Shown here: positions 1 through 9,560 of the stretch, in pieces | How the letters are laid out: each line of letters opens with the position of its first letter | Position numbering within the stretch: position 1 is the stretch's first letter | Assembly: GCA_965263035.1 (NCBI GenBank) | Contig: OZ253580.1 | Coordinates: forward strand, 896,001 to 960,000 | DNA: 64,000 bases | Reading direction: 5' to 3' | Origin: Acidobacteriota bacterium | GTDB taxonomy: Bacteria > Acidobacteriota > UBA6911 > RPQK01 > JAJDTT01 | Position numbers and translations under genes: made by a program | Notes under the pieces: generated by a model | What the model was told of the DNA's origin: nothing | The model's database searches: none | What the model saw: the letters and a program-made list of their open reading frames with translations, nothing else

Positions 1-120
1 AATTGCCCCGGACCCGGCTTCCAGGACCTGAGGCATGGGAATCACGCGGGGCGTGGCCCAAAGCGCAGGGACCAGGAAGAAAAATGAGAGGACGAACGAC
101 GTTCTTCTGAGGAAACACAT
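1..120 (-). CDS. 5' end of a secreted protein, runs off the window
   Basis: Not in the ORF track. ATG at 120 with AGGAG upstream; reads MCFLRRTSFVLSFFFLVPALWA-TPRV, a signal-peptide pattern, open to position 1. Confidence 0.6.
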   Translation of the reverse strand, partial: MCFLRRTSFVLSFFFLVPALWATPRVIPMPQVLEAGSGAI

Positions 121-401
121 AAATCTTTCTTCTCCTATTATGCGTCGCGACCGCTTCGCTCGACCTGCCTCCCCACTCCGCTCCGAGTTACAAGTCGAAT
201 CCGCATCTCCAGAATAAAGTTCCCGAAGTCGGCATACCGCCGACGGTCCATCCAACTCCGGTAGCTGCGAAGTGAAACCCGTGGCCGGCGCGACGACAAC
301 TTGCCGCACTCGCTGAGAGGGGAGTCGGGAACGCCCCTACTCTTCGGGCTCCGGGGCCACACCCCGGACTACGCGAATCTCAGGCCCTTGAGCCGGCACC
401 C

Positions 402-415
402 TGAAGTGGACTTCA
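402..415. promoter_or_regulatory. Palindrome, possible operator between divergent genes
   Basis: TGAAGT-GG-ACTTCA perfect inverted repeat about 70 bp upstream of the phosphotriesterase-like start. Confidence 0.3.
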
Positions 416-482
416 CTTGGCCCCCAGTCTATCATTGGTGAAAGATCTTGTTGGTTTGAGGGCAGGTTATGGAGAAGAAGAG

Positions 483-1430
483 ATGATGTCAAGCCAGGGT
501 GAAATTGTTACCGTTTTGGGCTCCATTCCCCAGGAAGACGCTGGTTTCACCCTCTGTCATGAACACCTGATCTGCGACCTCTGGCCACTTTTCCCCAGTT
601 ACAACAACATCTTGGATGAAGAGAAGCTCGCGGTACAGGAATTGGCCGAATTCAGGAAGGCGTCCGGTGGCACCCTGGTGGATTGCACCAGCATCGGACT
701 CGGCCGAGATCCCCAAGCCCTGAAACGTATCGCCCAGTCGACCGGTGTGAACATCGTCATGGGAACCGGCTGGTATCGTGAGGAGGTCTATCCGCCGGAA
801 ATCAGGGAGAAGTCGACTGAGGAACTCGCCGATCTGATGGTTCAAGAGATTCGGGAAGGTGTCGATGGAAGTGGTATACGGGCGGGCATAATCGGAGAAA
901 TCGGGACCGAGCGTTATTCCATCACACCTGCCCAGGAAAAGGTGTTTCGTGCTTCAGCTCGAGCACAGAAGCGGACCGGCGTCAGCATTTGGACTCACAC
1001 CACTTATTTTGGAGAATTAGCGCTTGAGCAGATCGATCTACTTCAAGAGGAAGGCGTGCCTTGCGACCGTATCGTCATCAGTCACTTGGGAGACCGTCCG
1101 GTACCGGACCGGTTTCTGGCTATTGCCGAAAGGGGGGTGTTCCTGGGAATCGACAATATCGGATATGTCGGTGATGGTTATCCTGATGACGGCATCCGCA
1201 TTGCCAACATACTGGAATTGATATCAGCTGGACATCTGAACCAGCTCATGCTTTCGCTGGATATTTGCATGAAGGGCCATCTTCTTGCTTACGGAGGCAA
1301 AGGATACGCATATTTGCAAAGAGAATTCTTGCCTCGGCTGAAGCGGGCGGGCGTAACGGATGAACATATCCGATGCCTGACCGTAAGCAACCCCCGCCGT
1401 GCCCTGGGTATGCAGAGGGCGCAGGGTTGA
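483..1430 (+). CDS. Phosphotriesterase-related (Php-type) amidohydrolase
   Basis: TLCHEHL metal motif, VDCT..GLGRD, GIIGEIG (Glu bridging ligand as in Php), HT and ISHL histidines, LSLD, NPRRAL. Start placed at ATG 483 after GGAG. Confidence 0.9.
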   Translation: MMSSQGEIVTVLGSIPQEDAGFTLCHEHLICDLWPLFPSYNNILDEEKLAVQELAEFRKASGGTLVDCTSIGLGRDPQALKRIAQSTGVNIVMGTGWYREEVYPPEIREKSTEELADLMVQEIREGVDGSGIRAGIIGEIGTERYSITPAQEKVFRASARAQKRTGVSIWTHTTYFGELALEQIDLLQEEGVPCDRIVISHLGDRPVPDRFLAIAERGVFLGIDNIGYVGDGYPDDGIRIANILELISAGHLNQLMLSLDICMKGHLLAYGGKGYAYLQREFLPRLKRAGVTDEHIRCLTVSNPRRALGMQRAQG

Positions 1431-2623
1431 TGGGTGCAAAGAGAAACCCCATTTATCAACGGCTGGGCGTCCGTGAAGTGATCAATGGCCGAAGTTTCAG
1501 CACCAAAGTCGGTGGCTGCATCATGGATCCTCAGGTGATCCAGGCCATGCAGAAAGCAAGCCGGTCCTTTGTTCGCATTGAAGATCTGGAGGAGGCGGCA
1601 AGCAGGACCATCTCGCAGATCACAGGCGCCGAAGCAGGTTACGTCACTTCAGGCGCGGCAGCGGGACTCACCTTGGCCATGGCTGCTTGTATGACGGGAC
1701 TCGATCCCGAAAAGATGAATCGCTTGCCCGATACGACGGGGATGAAGAACGAAGTGATCATTCAGCGGGGTCATCGCAACGATTATGACCACGCGTTGAG
1801 AGCGGCAGGAGCAAGGGTCAAGGAGATCGGTTACAACTACGCCACATTCCCCTATGAGCTGGAGCGGGCCATCGATGAGAAAACCGCTGCCGTCTTTTAC
1901 TTGGCTGGAATCGCTGACGGCAGCTTACCCATCGCCCGGGTCACCGAAATCGCCGGAGAAAAAGGGGTCCCCGTCATCGTAGACGCGAGCGCAGAACTGC
2001 CGCCACGAGAGAACCTCCGCAGATTTATCGGCCACGGAGCCGATCTCGTCGTCTTCAGCGGCGGAAAACACATCCGCGGACCCCAGTCGAGCGGCTTCAT
2101 TTGCGGTCGAAAGGAACTGATTCTAGCCGCCGCACTGCAGCATCAGGACATGGACGTATTCCCCGAAACCTGGAGTTCCCGCAATTTGATCGATGAGGGC
2201 ATTCTTCCCGGCCCCCCACACCACGGGATCGGACGGGGCTTCAAGGTCGGCAAGGAGGAAATCGTCGGTCTCGTGACAGCCTTGACCCGTTATGTTGAAA
2301 GGGATCTGGAGGCAGAGCTACAGCACTGGAAGGAAACCACTCATGCCATCGTGGAGGGCGTGAATCAGATTGACGGTCTGAGTGGAGCATTCCAGTTTCC
2401 GAAACCAAGCGGCAGGATCGTCCCGGCGGCCCATATCCGAGTAGACCCGATGAAGTACGGCCTGGACGCCCATGGCCTCATTAACGCGCTCCAGGATGGT
2501 GACCCCATCATCGCCGTTTATGAGAGCTTCGCCGCTAAGGGTAAAGTGATCATCTTTCCCGAGAATCTGCGGCCGGGCGACGTTCCTCTGATCTTGGATC
2601 GTCTACGGGAGATCAAGGCGTGA
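1430..2623 (+). CDS. SelA-like / DgaE-family PLP-dependent enzyme
   Basis: Y..LGVREVING, VTSGAAAGL, VIVDASAE, FSGGKHIRGPQSSG (PLP lysine), IGRGFKVGKEEI. ATG overlaps the upstream TGA. Confidence 0.85.
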   Translation: MGAKRNPIYQRLGVREVINGRSFSTKVGGCIMDPQVIQAMQKASRSFVRIEDLEEAASRTISQITGAEAGYVTSGAAAGLTLAMAACMTGLDPEKMNRLPDTTGMKNEVIIQRGHRNDYDHALRAAGARVKEIGYNYATFPYELERAIDEKTAAVFYLAGIADGSLPIARVTEIAGEKGVPVIVDASAELPPRENLRRFIGHGADLVVFSGGKHIRGPQSSGFICGRKELILAAALQHQDMDVFPETWSSRNLIDEGILPGPPHHGIGRGFKVGKEEIVGLVTALTRYVERDLEAELQHWKETTHAIVEGVNQIDGLSGAFQFPKPSGRIVPAAHIRVDPMKYGLDAHGLINALQDGDPIIAVYESFAAKGKVIIFPENLRPGDVPLILDRLREIKA

Positions 2624-4178
2624 AGATTCGAAACTCCTTATCGACGTTCTTGGATTGGAGTTCGCGGTAGGTCTTGAGTTCCGTTTGCGCCTCTTCTCGC
2701 CGGCCTAGTCTGGCTAATACCTGAGCGGCTTGGAAGTGAGCCTGGGGGAACCCGGGATCCAATTCGATCGCCCGGTGACTATCTCGCAACGACGCCAAAA
2801 GGTTTCCTCGCATGAGGAGGATTTTGGCTCGCTGAACGAGGGCGTGAACAAAGGCGGGATTGAACGTAAGGCATTGATCGAAAAGCGCCAGAGCCCGATC
2901 TTCTTCGCCCCGTTGGGAGTGGATCAGACCCTGAAGATAGTGGATGCGCCCGTCCTCTGGAGACAGCCGGAGCGCCTTCTCGAAATACGAGAGTGCTTGA
3001 TCCGGCTGTCCGGCTTCCAGAAATGAACTGGCGAGATAAAGCATGCCGGAGCTGTCTGAAGGCCGAATCTCAACCAATCTTGAAAAGGTCCGCTGAGCGT
3101 CCTCAAACCTCCCTTTGAGCTGCTGCGCGAATCCCATTGCCCTCAGCAATTGTGGAGACTCTGGAAAGTGCACCAATGATTGATCGAGTACCGTAATCGC
3201 TTCGTCGTAGGCGTCGGCCCTCAAGAGCAGGAGCGCTAAATTGTAGTGGGCCTCCAGATTTCCGGGTTGCAGTTCGATGGCCTTTTCAAAAGACTTCCCG
3301 GCTTCTACGACTTGCCCCAACTTGGCGTTGGCCGCCCCCATGAGGTTGAAGTACTCTGCGTTTTTCTTGGATTCGGGCCAACGCCGCAGTTCCGCCAGAC
3401 AGCTCTCATCCGCCCCCTGCTTGAACAGCCCCGAGGCCAACGAAAACCTCAAGTCCCAGTTGCCAGGATTGAGCGCCAGGGCTTTCTTGAGACTGGCAAC
3501 CGACTTATCCAAGCGTCCCGTCTGTTCGTAGGCCGTTGCCAGGGCGGCCCAGAGTCCATAGCTGTCGTCGCCCAGTCTGTTCGCCCGCTCCAGACTGGCA
3601 GCCGCGGCCTCCGGTTTTTCCAAGGCCACATAACACTCTCCGAGTAGTCGATAGTATTGGCGACTGTGGAATTGAGGATCTTTTCCTACCTCTTCCAAAT
3701 GGTTGACCGCACTTTTGAATTGCCCCTGTTCAGCGTAGATAACACCCAATCGATAATGGATTTCCGACGAATCGGGACTTAAATCCAGCAACTCTTGGAA
3801 CTGCTGGAGCGCCTGCTCCAACCTGCCTAGACGGACCCAGTGAAGAGCCAAATTCCTTCGGGCCTCAACGTAATCGGGCCTGAGCGCAATGGCCTTCTGG
3901 AGGGATTCTTCAAATAGTTGAGGCCGATTCATCTTCTGGTAGATGATCCCCATCAGGTTGTGAGCCTCGGCAACTTGCGGCGCCAACTCCAAAAGCTCCG
4001 TCAGGCTGGAAAGAGCCGACTGGAACTGTCCCTTTTGGAATGCGTTGAGCGCCTCCGAATAGTGGTGGCGAATGAGTTCGGCCGTAGTCCCTTGGTTTCC
4101 AGCGAGACTCCATGGAACAGCAAGGAGGTTGAGGAGGAGCCAGATGAGCGCAAATGACGGCCGTGATCCTTGTGCCAT
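2613..4178 (-). CDS. Secreted tetratricopeptide-repeat protein
   Basis: Signal peptide followed by many TPR-like units (AHNLMG, AHYNLA, AIELDP). Confidence 0.9.
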   Translation of the reverse strand: MAQGSRPSFALIWLLLNLLAVPWSLAGNQGTTAELIRHHYSEALNAFQKGQFQSALSSLTELLELAPQVAEAHNLMGIIYQKMNRPQLFEESLQKAIALRPDYVEARRNLALHWVRLGRLEQALQQFQELLDLSPDSSEIHYRLGVIYAEQGQFKSAVNHLEEVGKDPQFHSRQYYRLLGECYVALEKPEAAAASLERANRLGDDSYGLWAALATAYEQTGRLDKSVASLKKALALNPGNWDLRFSLASGLFKQGADESCLAELRRWPESKKNAEYFNLMGAANAKLGQVVEAGKSFEKAIELQPGNLEAHYNLALLLLRADAYDEAITVLDQSLVHFPESPQLLRAMGFAQQLKGRFEDAQRTFSRLVEIRPSDSSGMLYLASSFLEAGQPDQALSYFEKALRLSPEDGRIHYLQGLIHSQRGEEDRALALFDQCLTFNPAFVHALVQRAKILLMRGNLLASLRDSHRAIELDPGFPQAHFQAAQVLARLGRREEAQTELKTYRELQSKNVDKEFRIFTP

Positions 4179-4355
4179 GGCCAGTTCAGTTTGCCATAGA
4201 CGGATTTCCGCTTCACGGCTACGCGGTCACCACGACGCGAGGTCTGTTTCTTGGACGACCGGACAGATCACGTGTCAAGAAACGTTCGCTCGTGCCAGGC
4301 GGCCCGGAGGAGTAGCGCCTTGCACGTGAGGCGTCTTGGGACCTATTCTCGGCCT

Positions 4356-6359
4356 ATGATGGGATTACTGACTATTGCCGCATGGGCCGTCATCAATTCG
4401 AGCGCCACCATCTCTACAACTGCCGGGGCTGCGAGTTCGGAAACCCCCTTCGCCGTCAGTGCGCGGGCCTGGACACCGGGGGAAGAAACCCTGGACGGAC
4501 CAGACTTCAACGTGGACGCGCCCTACTGCCGATCCATCTGGGACACCGCCGGATGCACGACGGCGGCGACTCTACCCCAGATCGTGATGGGACCCTTGGG
4601 ACAGAATATCTCCCGGACCGAGATCGTCGTCACCAACGCGGGGCCGGTTGGGCGTGCATGTGACTTGGCGCTGCTCTTTCACCGGGGCTCTTCCCAGGCT
4701 CCGGAAGCCCTATTCAACGGCCGGGCAGCAGAGGGGAATCTCATCCGGACGACACTGTCCGCCGGGGGAGCCCGAATCTTTACCCTGACTCCCGCCGATC
4801 CGGCGGAATTGGCGGTCGGAGCGGTATCGATCTTCACCAAGTCTCCCTGCTCCTCCGACTCATTGCACGTTCAAGGCCGGTATCTACTGGAACACGAATC
4901 CACCGGAGAGATCGACGAGATCTTTTCCGTTGCGGGTCAGCGGCCCGAGGAGTGGCTTTCCGACGGTGACTGCCGAGTCCTGACCGGGGTCTTCGGCCCC
5001 GGCCGGGACGTGGGTTTTGCGGTGGTGGCCGGGGAGCCGGGACAAGCCGCGCCACCCGGCACTGAACTACGCTACCGATCCTTCGACCTGGATGGGAACC
5101 TCATCGGCGAACCTGGCGGACTGCCCGTTTCCGGACGGCACCAACCCCAGTTTCCTTGGGATTTCAGCGAACCCACCATTATCGAGATGTGTCTGCAGGT
5201 CCCGGAGGACCCGAGCGACTTCCACGCCTCCGTCATCGCCGTCGGGATCACCGAGACCGACAACAACATACAGTGGAGCGACGAGATCCTGGTGGACAGT
5301 TTGAAGCCGTATGACCGGATCGAAAGTGCTCTGGTCTACGATCACGATCCGGAAACGCGCCTGGGGGACGAGATCTTCGGCGACGTCATCGTCGATTTCG
5401 AGAACGACGATCCGGGGCGCAACTCCCATGGGGGTCCCGTCTGCATGCAGTACGCCGACGGCCGAATCGTGGCCTTCCATTCCAATGCCAGCGACCACAA
5501 CCTGGACGGCTGGAGTGAGTATGCCTTCAGCGACGACGGAGCAACGAGTTGGCAGAGATACAACAAATTCCAGTATTCCTACGACCAATACAGGCGAGAT
5601 CCGGAGCATCCGGTCTGGGTTGAAGAGGGCCTGGTCACGGAACAGGGCACCGCCGTCCTGTTCCTGACCCATTTCCTTCTGGACAACACCCGGACCGGCA
5701 GCGGGACCATGGTCAGCCGAGACAATGGGTCAAGCTGGACCGAGTACGCGCCCATCGACGGCGACTTTACCGGGTATCCGTGCGCGGTGGCGGTGGACGG
5801 CCGGAACAACTACGTCCTCTTCGACAGCAACTCGGGTCACCACGTGCTGTACGTCAGCACCGACGACGGGCAGACCTGGACCAGGCGGAGTACGTTGGCG
5901 CTGGACCGTGACAAGTGGTATGGCGCCATGTGCATCATGGAGGATGGCCGCTTCCTTGCCGGAGCCTACACCCACCACGACGAATACCATTTCTACTACA
6001 CCATCAGCGGGGATCAGGGAAAGACCTGGAGCCCCCAGGAAAGGGCCTATGTGGACCAGAAGATCCGCGATCCGGAGCTGGCCTATCTGGGAGGCAAATA
6101 TTACCTGCACGGGCGGTCCGGAAGCGTCGGAGAGGGACGAGGCCGTTTCGTTCTCTACCAGTCCGACGACGGGATCAACTGGGGTGAGGGGATTATCGTC
6201 AGCAGTGACGCCCGGCATCTCGACGGGTACAGCCACAACTGCATCATCAATCGGCCAAACGGCGCGCCGAACGAGTTGATGGTCCAATACAGCATCATTT
6301 ACGACGGCCGCGACACCAACACCTACGCTTTTTTCATCCAGCCCGACTCGGCACCTTGA
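4356..6359 (+). CDS. Secreted BNR/Asp-box (sialidase-like) protein with an unassigned N-terminal domain
   Basis: Five Asp boxes (SDDGATSW, SRDNGSSW, STDDGQTW, SGDQGKTW, SDDGINW) in the C-terminal half. Start uncertain; the ORF is open from 4251. Confidence 0.75.
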   Translation: MMGLLTIAAWAVINSSATISTTAGAASSETPFAVSARAWTPGEETLDGPDFNVDAPYCRSIWDTAGCTTAATLPQIVMGPLGQNISRTEIVVTNAGPVGRACDLALLFHRGSSQAPEALFNGRAAEGNLIRTTLSAGGARIFTLTPADPAELAVGAVSIFTKSPCSSDSLHVQGRYLLEHESTGEIDEIFSVAGQRPEEWLSDGDCRVLTGVFGPGRDVGFAVVAGEPGQAAPPGTELRYRSFDLDGNLIGEPGGLPVSGRHQPQFPWDFSEPTIIEMCLQVPEDPSDFHASVIAVGITETDNNIQWSDEILVDSLKPYDRIESALVYDHDPETRLGDEIFGDVIVDFENDDPGRNSHGGPVCMQYADGRIVAFHSNASDHNLDGWSEYAFSDDGATSWQRYNKFQYSYDQYRRDPEHPVWVEEGLVTEQGTAVLFLTHFLLDNTRTGSGTMVSRDNGSSWTEYAPIDGDFTGYPCAVAVDGRNNYVLFDSNSGHHVLYVSTDDGQTWTRRSTLALDRDKWYGAMCIMEDGRFLAGAYTHHDEYHFYYTISGDQGKTWSPQERAYVDQKIRDPELAYLGGKYYLHGRSGSVGEGRGRFVLYQSDDGINWGEGIIVSSDARHLDGYSHNCIINRPNGAPNELMVQYSIIYDGRDTNTYAFFIQPDSAP

Positions 6360-6420
6360 TTTCGGAGAGTGTCGGGGAGATCCCTTGCCGGTGCGCCGTC
6401 AGACGGCGGCCTTCAACCCG

Positions 6421-7131
6421 TTACGAAAATATCTGCCACACGGCGGACCCCACCATGGCGATCGCGATGGCGGGAAGCAGAAAAGCCAGCGTGGCGCCGA
6501 CCCGCCCCAGATCCTTGTCGATGCAGGTGGCTCCGATGCCCAGAACGATAGACTCCCAGATGGTGAAGAGGCCGATCGCGTTCATCCAGGTCCTAAAAAA
6601 CCCTTCGCCCAAGAATGGCAGAAGCGTTCCCACGCTGAGGTTCGCAAGAAGATCACCCGATTGAATCTGAAGCGGAATGCTGACCAGTCCACCGGCGTAG
6701 GCGACGAAGCCGGCGATCAGGACCATGGAGAAATATTGCCTGAAACGGCCTTCGCCCCCCAATATGCCTCGAAACAGGAGCAGGGCCCAAAGAGCGGTCA
6801 TCAACGCGGCGACGATCACGCCAACGGCCCCGGTAAGGAGATTCGTCACGCTGGTCGGGCTGAAGTCGTGAGAGTCCAGTTCAGCCGCGGCCGCGCCACC
6901 CATTCCCGGCATCTTGGAGAGCATCCTGCGAGTCGACTGTTCCACGACCTCCCCGGGGATCAGGAATGCGGCCAACACTCCCAACCCCAACAGCAAGAGC
7001 AACGGTCCCACCCAGGTGGGATTCTCGGCCACCGACTCCATCACGGCCCGTGGCTGGTGGAACACGCCGGTGACGCGCTGAAGAAGCGGCATCGGCTCGG
7101 GATTGGACGAATCGGTCTCGAAGTCGTTCAC
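6421..7131 (-). CDS. YIP1-family membrane protein
   Basis: GVFHQPRAVM..VAENPTW N-terminal pattern and about five hydrophobic segments. Confidence 0.75.
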   Translation of the reverse strand: MNDFETDSSNPEPMPLLQRVTGVFHQPRAVMESVAENPTWVGPLLLLLGLGVLAAFLIPGEVVEQSTRRMLSKMPGMGGAAAAELDSHDFSPTSVTNLLTGAVGVIVAALMTALWALLLFRGILGGEGRFRQYFSMVLIAGFVAYAGGLVSIPLQIQSGDLLANLSVGTLLPFLGEGFFRTWMNAIGLFTIWESIVLGIGATCIDKDLGRVGATLAFLLPAIAIAMVGSAVWQIFS

Positions 7132-7165
7132 TGGCTTTACCTCCTCTTTTTCGAACCCTTCGAAC

Positions 7166-8125
7166 TCATTTCCAAGCCGCCCACTTCTCCAGGTGCAGGT
7201 ACCGGTCCACCTCCTTCGGGGCCAGCAGCCACATCAGCAGCGCCTTCTGGACGTGGAGCCGGTTCTCCGCCTGCTCGAACACCAGCGAGTAGGGAGCGTC
7301 GATGACCGCGTCGGTCACCTCCTGATTCCGGTGCGCCGGAAGGCAGTGCATGAAGAAGGAATCCTTGCCGGTCCGCGCCATCAATTCAGGTGTCACCTGA
7401 TAGGGCTTGAATTCGGCCAGTCTCTCCTGAGCCTCGGTTTCCTGGCCCATGCTGACCCAGGTGTCGGTATAGACGGCATCGGCTCCCCGGATTCCGTCGG
7501 GGGAATCGCTCCATTGACAGGAGGCGCGAGCGTTGGTGGACAGTTTCCGAAAATCCTCTTCCCAACCCGCATAGGGCTGCCGGTTTCGGGGAGTCACCGC
7601 CGTAAAGCACATGCCCGACAGGGCGGCCGCATGAACCAGGGACGCGCACACGTTGTTTCCGTCCCCGATGTAGGCCAGGGTCCGCCCTTCCACATTCGAC
7701 CACTTCTCCGTCAGGGTGAAGATGTCGGCCAAGGCCTGACAGGGATGTTCCGCGTCGGTGAGGGCGTTGATCACCGAGCAGCGGGCATACTCCGAGAGCT
7801 GGATCAGCACCTGGTGGGAGAAGGTGCGGGCCACCAGGCAGTCGAACCAGCGCTCCAGGTTCTTGGCCACGTCCCGCAGCGCCTCCCGCTCTCCCAGATT
7901 GGCCTCCTGATAGTCGAGATAGACGGCATCGCCTCCCAATTGTTGGATGCCCAGCTCGAAAGTCAGCCGGGTTCGCAGCGACGGCTTCTCGAAGATCAGG
8001 ACGATGCTCTTCCCCGGAATCATGCGTCTGAAATTGGGCGGGCGTGACTTGACCTCCCGGCTCAGATGCAGGAGTTGGTTCCACTGCCTGGGGTTCAGGT
8101 CCGCCAGAGAGATGAAGTCCCTCAT
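7166..8125 (-). CDS. argF: Ornithine carbamoyltransferase
   Basis: FEKPSLRT, HPCQALAD, GDGNNV, YTDTWVSMGQE, MHCLPAHR, QAENRLH. Confidence 0.95.
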   Translation of the reverse strand: MRDFISLADLNPRQWNQLLHLSREVKSRPPNFRRMIPGKSIVLIFEKPSLRTRLTFELGIQQLGGDAVYLDYQEANLGEREALRDVAKNLERWFDCLVARTFSHQVLIQLSEYARCSVINALTDAEHPCQALADIFTLTEKWSNVEGRTLAYIGDGNNVCASLVHAAALSGMCFTAVTPRNRQPYAGWEEDFRKLSTNARASCQWSDSPDGIRGADAVYTDTWVSMGQETEAQERLAEFKPYQVTPELMARTGKDSFFMHCLPAHRNQEVTDAVIDAPYSLVFEQAENRLHVQKALLMWLLAPKEVDRYLHLEKWAAWK

Positions 8126-9537
8126 GGCTGTTCCTCCCTTGAAATACTTCCGTTCCCGTGGGTCCGGAGCCGGTCCTCCCAGCGGGCGATCTGTTCGCGA
8201 ATGGAGGCCAGTCCGGTGCTCCCCGAGTGGATCTTGTGATCGAGAGCGCCCTCCGGCTTCAAGACACCCTGGACGTCAGAACCGCACTGGGGTGCAAGCT
8301 CGCGGATCTCCTGCAGGGATAGTTGCCGGAGGGTGAGGTCATGCTTCACGCAGTAAGCCACCAGCCGCCCCACTTGTTCGTGTGCGGTTCGGAATGGAAC
8401 CCCTTGGGACACCAGGTGTTCCGCCAAGTCGGTGGCGGTGAGGAACCCCCTTTCCAGCGCCGGCCCGGTCCGACTCGAAACCACACGCATCCGGCTCACC
8501 ACCAGTCTCAATATCTCCAGCGTCTCTCCGACCGTGTCCACGGCGGGGAAAAGGTGTTCCTTGTCCTGCTGCAGATCGCGGTGGTAGGAACTGGGCAGAC
8601 CCTTCAAAAGCGTCGCCAGAGCCGTCGCGTGCCCCAGGACCGTGGCCGTTTTTCCCCGGCACAGCTCCAGGAGATCCGGGTTTTTCTTCTGGGGCATCAT
8701 GCTGCTGCCGGTGCAGAGGGACTCGGGAAGCTCCACCCATCCCACCGGTGTGCTGGAGAAATAGATCAGGTCTTCGGCCATCCGGCTGGCGTGGAGCATG
8801 ATCTGGGTGGCGATCTGCAGCAGCTCCAGCAGGAAATCGCGATCTCCCACGACGTCGTAGCTGTTCCCGAAGCTGGAGGCGAATCCCAGGTCCCGGGCGG
8901 TCTGGCCCGGGTCCAGCGGCAAGGTGCTGCCGGCCAGGGCGCCGGCGCCCAGGGGGCTGACGCTGTGGAGGCGCCGGTAGCCGGCCAGCCTCTGGTGGTC
9001 CCGGTCGAACATCTCGCAATAGGCCAGCAGATAGTGCGCCCAGGAGATGGGCTGGGCCGCCTGGAGGTGCGTCCATCCCGGAAAGAGTTCCCGCTCCAGC
9101 TTCAGGGTCCGGGACAGGAGTGTCTCTTGAGCCCGCCGGATCATCTCCTGCCATCCCAGCGCCGCGTCCAGGCAGAACAGCTTCAGATCCACGGCCACCT
9201 GGTCGTTGCGGCTTCGCCCAGTGTGGAGCCGGCGTCCCTCCTCCCCCACCAGTTCGCAGAGGCGGACCTCGATGTTCATGTGAATGTCTTCCAATTCGTC
9301 CCGGTATGGAAACCGTCCGGAGCGGATCTCCTCCTGAACCTGGTCCAGTCCCTGGAGGATCCGGTCCCGGTCCCGCTGGCTGAGGATCCCCTGCCGGAAC
9401 AACATTCTGACGTGGGCCCGGCTGCCCTGGATGTCGTAGCGGGCCAATCGCCGGTCCAGATGGAGAGACCGGGTATAGTCCTGGACTGCCTTGTCCGGAT
9501 CTTCCGTGAAACGGCCTGCCCAGGGGGATCGGGTCAT
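8122..9537 (-). CDS. argH: Argininosuccinate lyase
   Basis: WAGRF, EDIHMNIE, HTGRSRNDQV, THLQAAQP, TGSSMMPQKKNPD. Confidence 0.97.
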   Translation of the reverse strand: MTRSPWAGRFTEDPDKAVQDYTRSLHLDRRLARYDIQGSRAHVRMLFRQGILSQRDRDRILQGLDQVQEEIRSGRFPYRDELEDIHMNIEVRLCELVGEEGRRLHTGRSRNDQVAVDLKLFCLDAALGWQEMIRRAQETLLSRTLKLERELFPGWTHLQAAQPISWAHYLLAYCEMFDRDHQRLAGYRRLHSVSPLGAGALAGSTLPLDPGQTARDLGFASSFGNSYDVVGDRDFLLELLQIATQIMLHASRMAEDLIYFSSTPVGWVELPESLCTGSSMMPQKKNPDLLELCRGKTATVLGHATALATLLKGLPSSYHRDLQQDKEHLFPAVDTVGETLEILRLVVSRMRVVSSRTGPALERGFLTATDLAEHLVSQGVPFRTAHEQVGRLVAYCVKHDLTLRQLSLQEIRELAPQCGSDVQGVLKPEGALDHKIHSGSTGLASIREQIARWEDRLRTHGNGSISREEQP

Positions 9538-9560
9538 GGTGTGCCCTCTTCCTCCGATCC

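Noticed and set aside
330-402. TPP riboswitch-like start on the minus strand (GGGTGC...CTGAGA)
   Set aside because: The downstream ACCTGAT and GCGNAGG elements are absent and no thiamine gene is evident.
1430-2623. Selenocysteine synthase selA
   Set aside because: Motifs and length fit the SelA-like/DgaE group and no Sec machinery is nearby.
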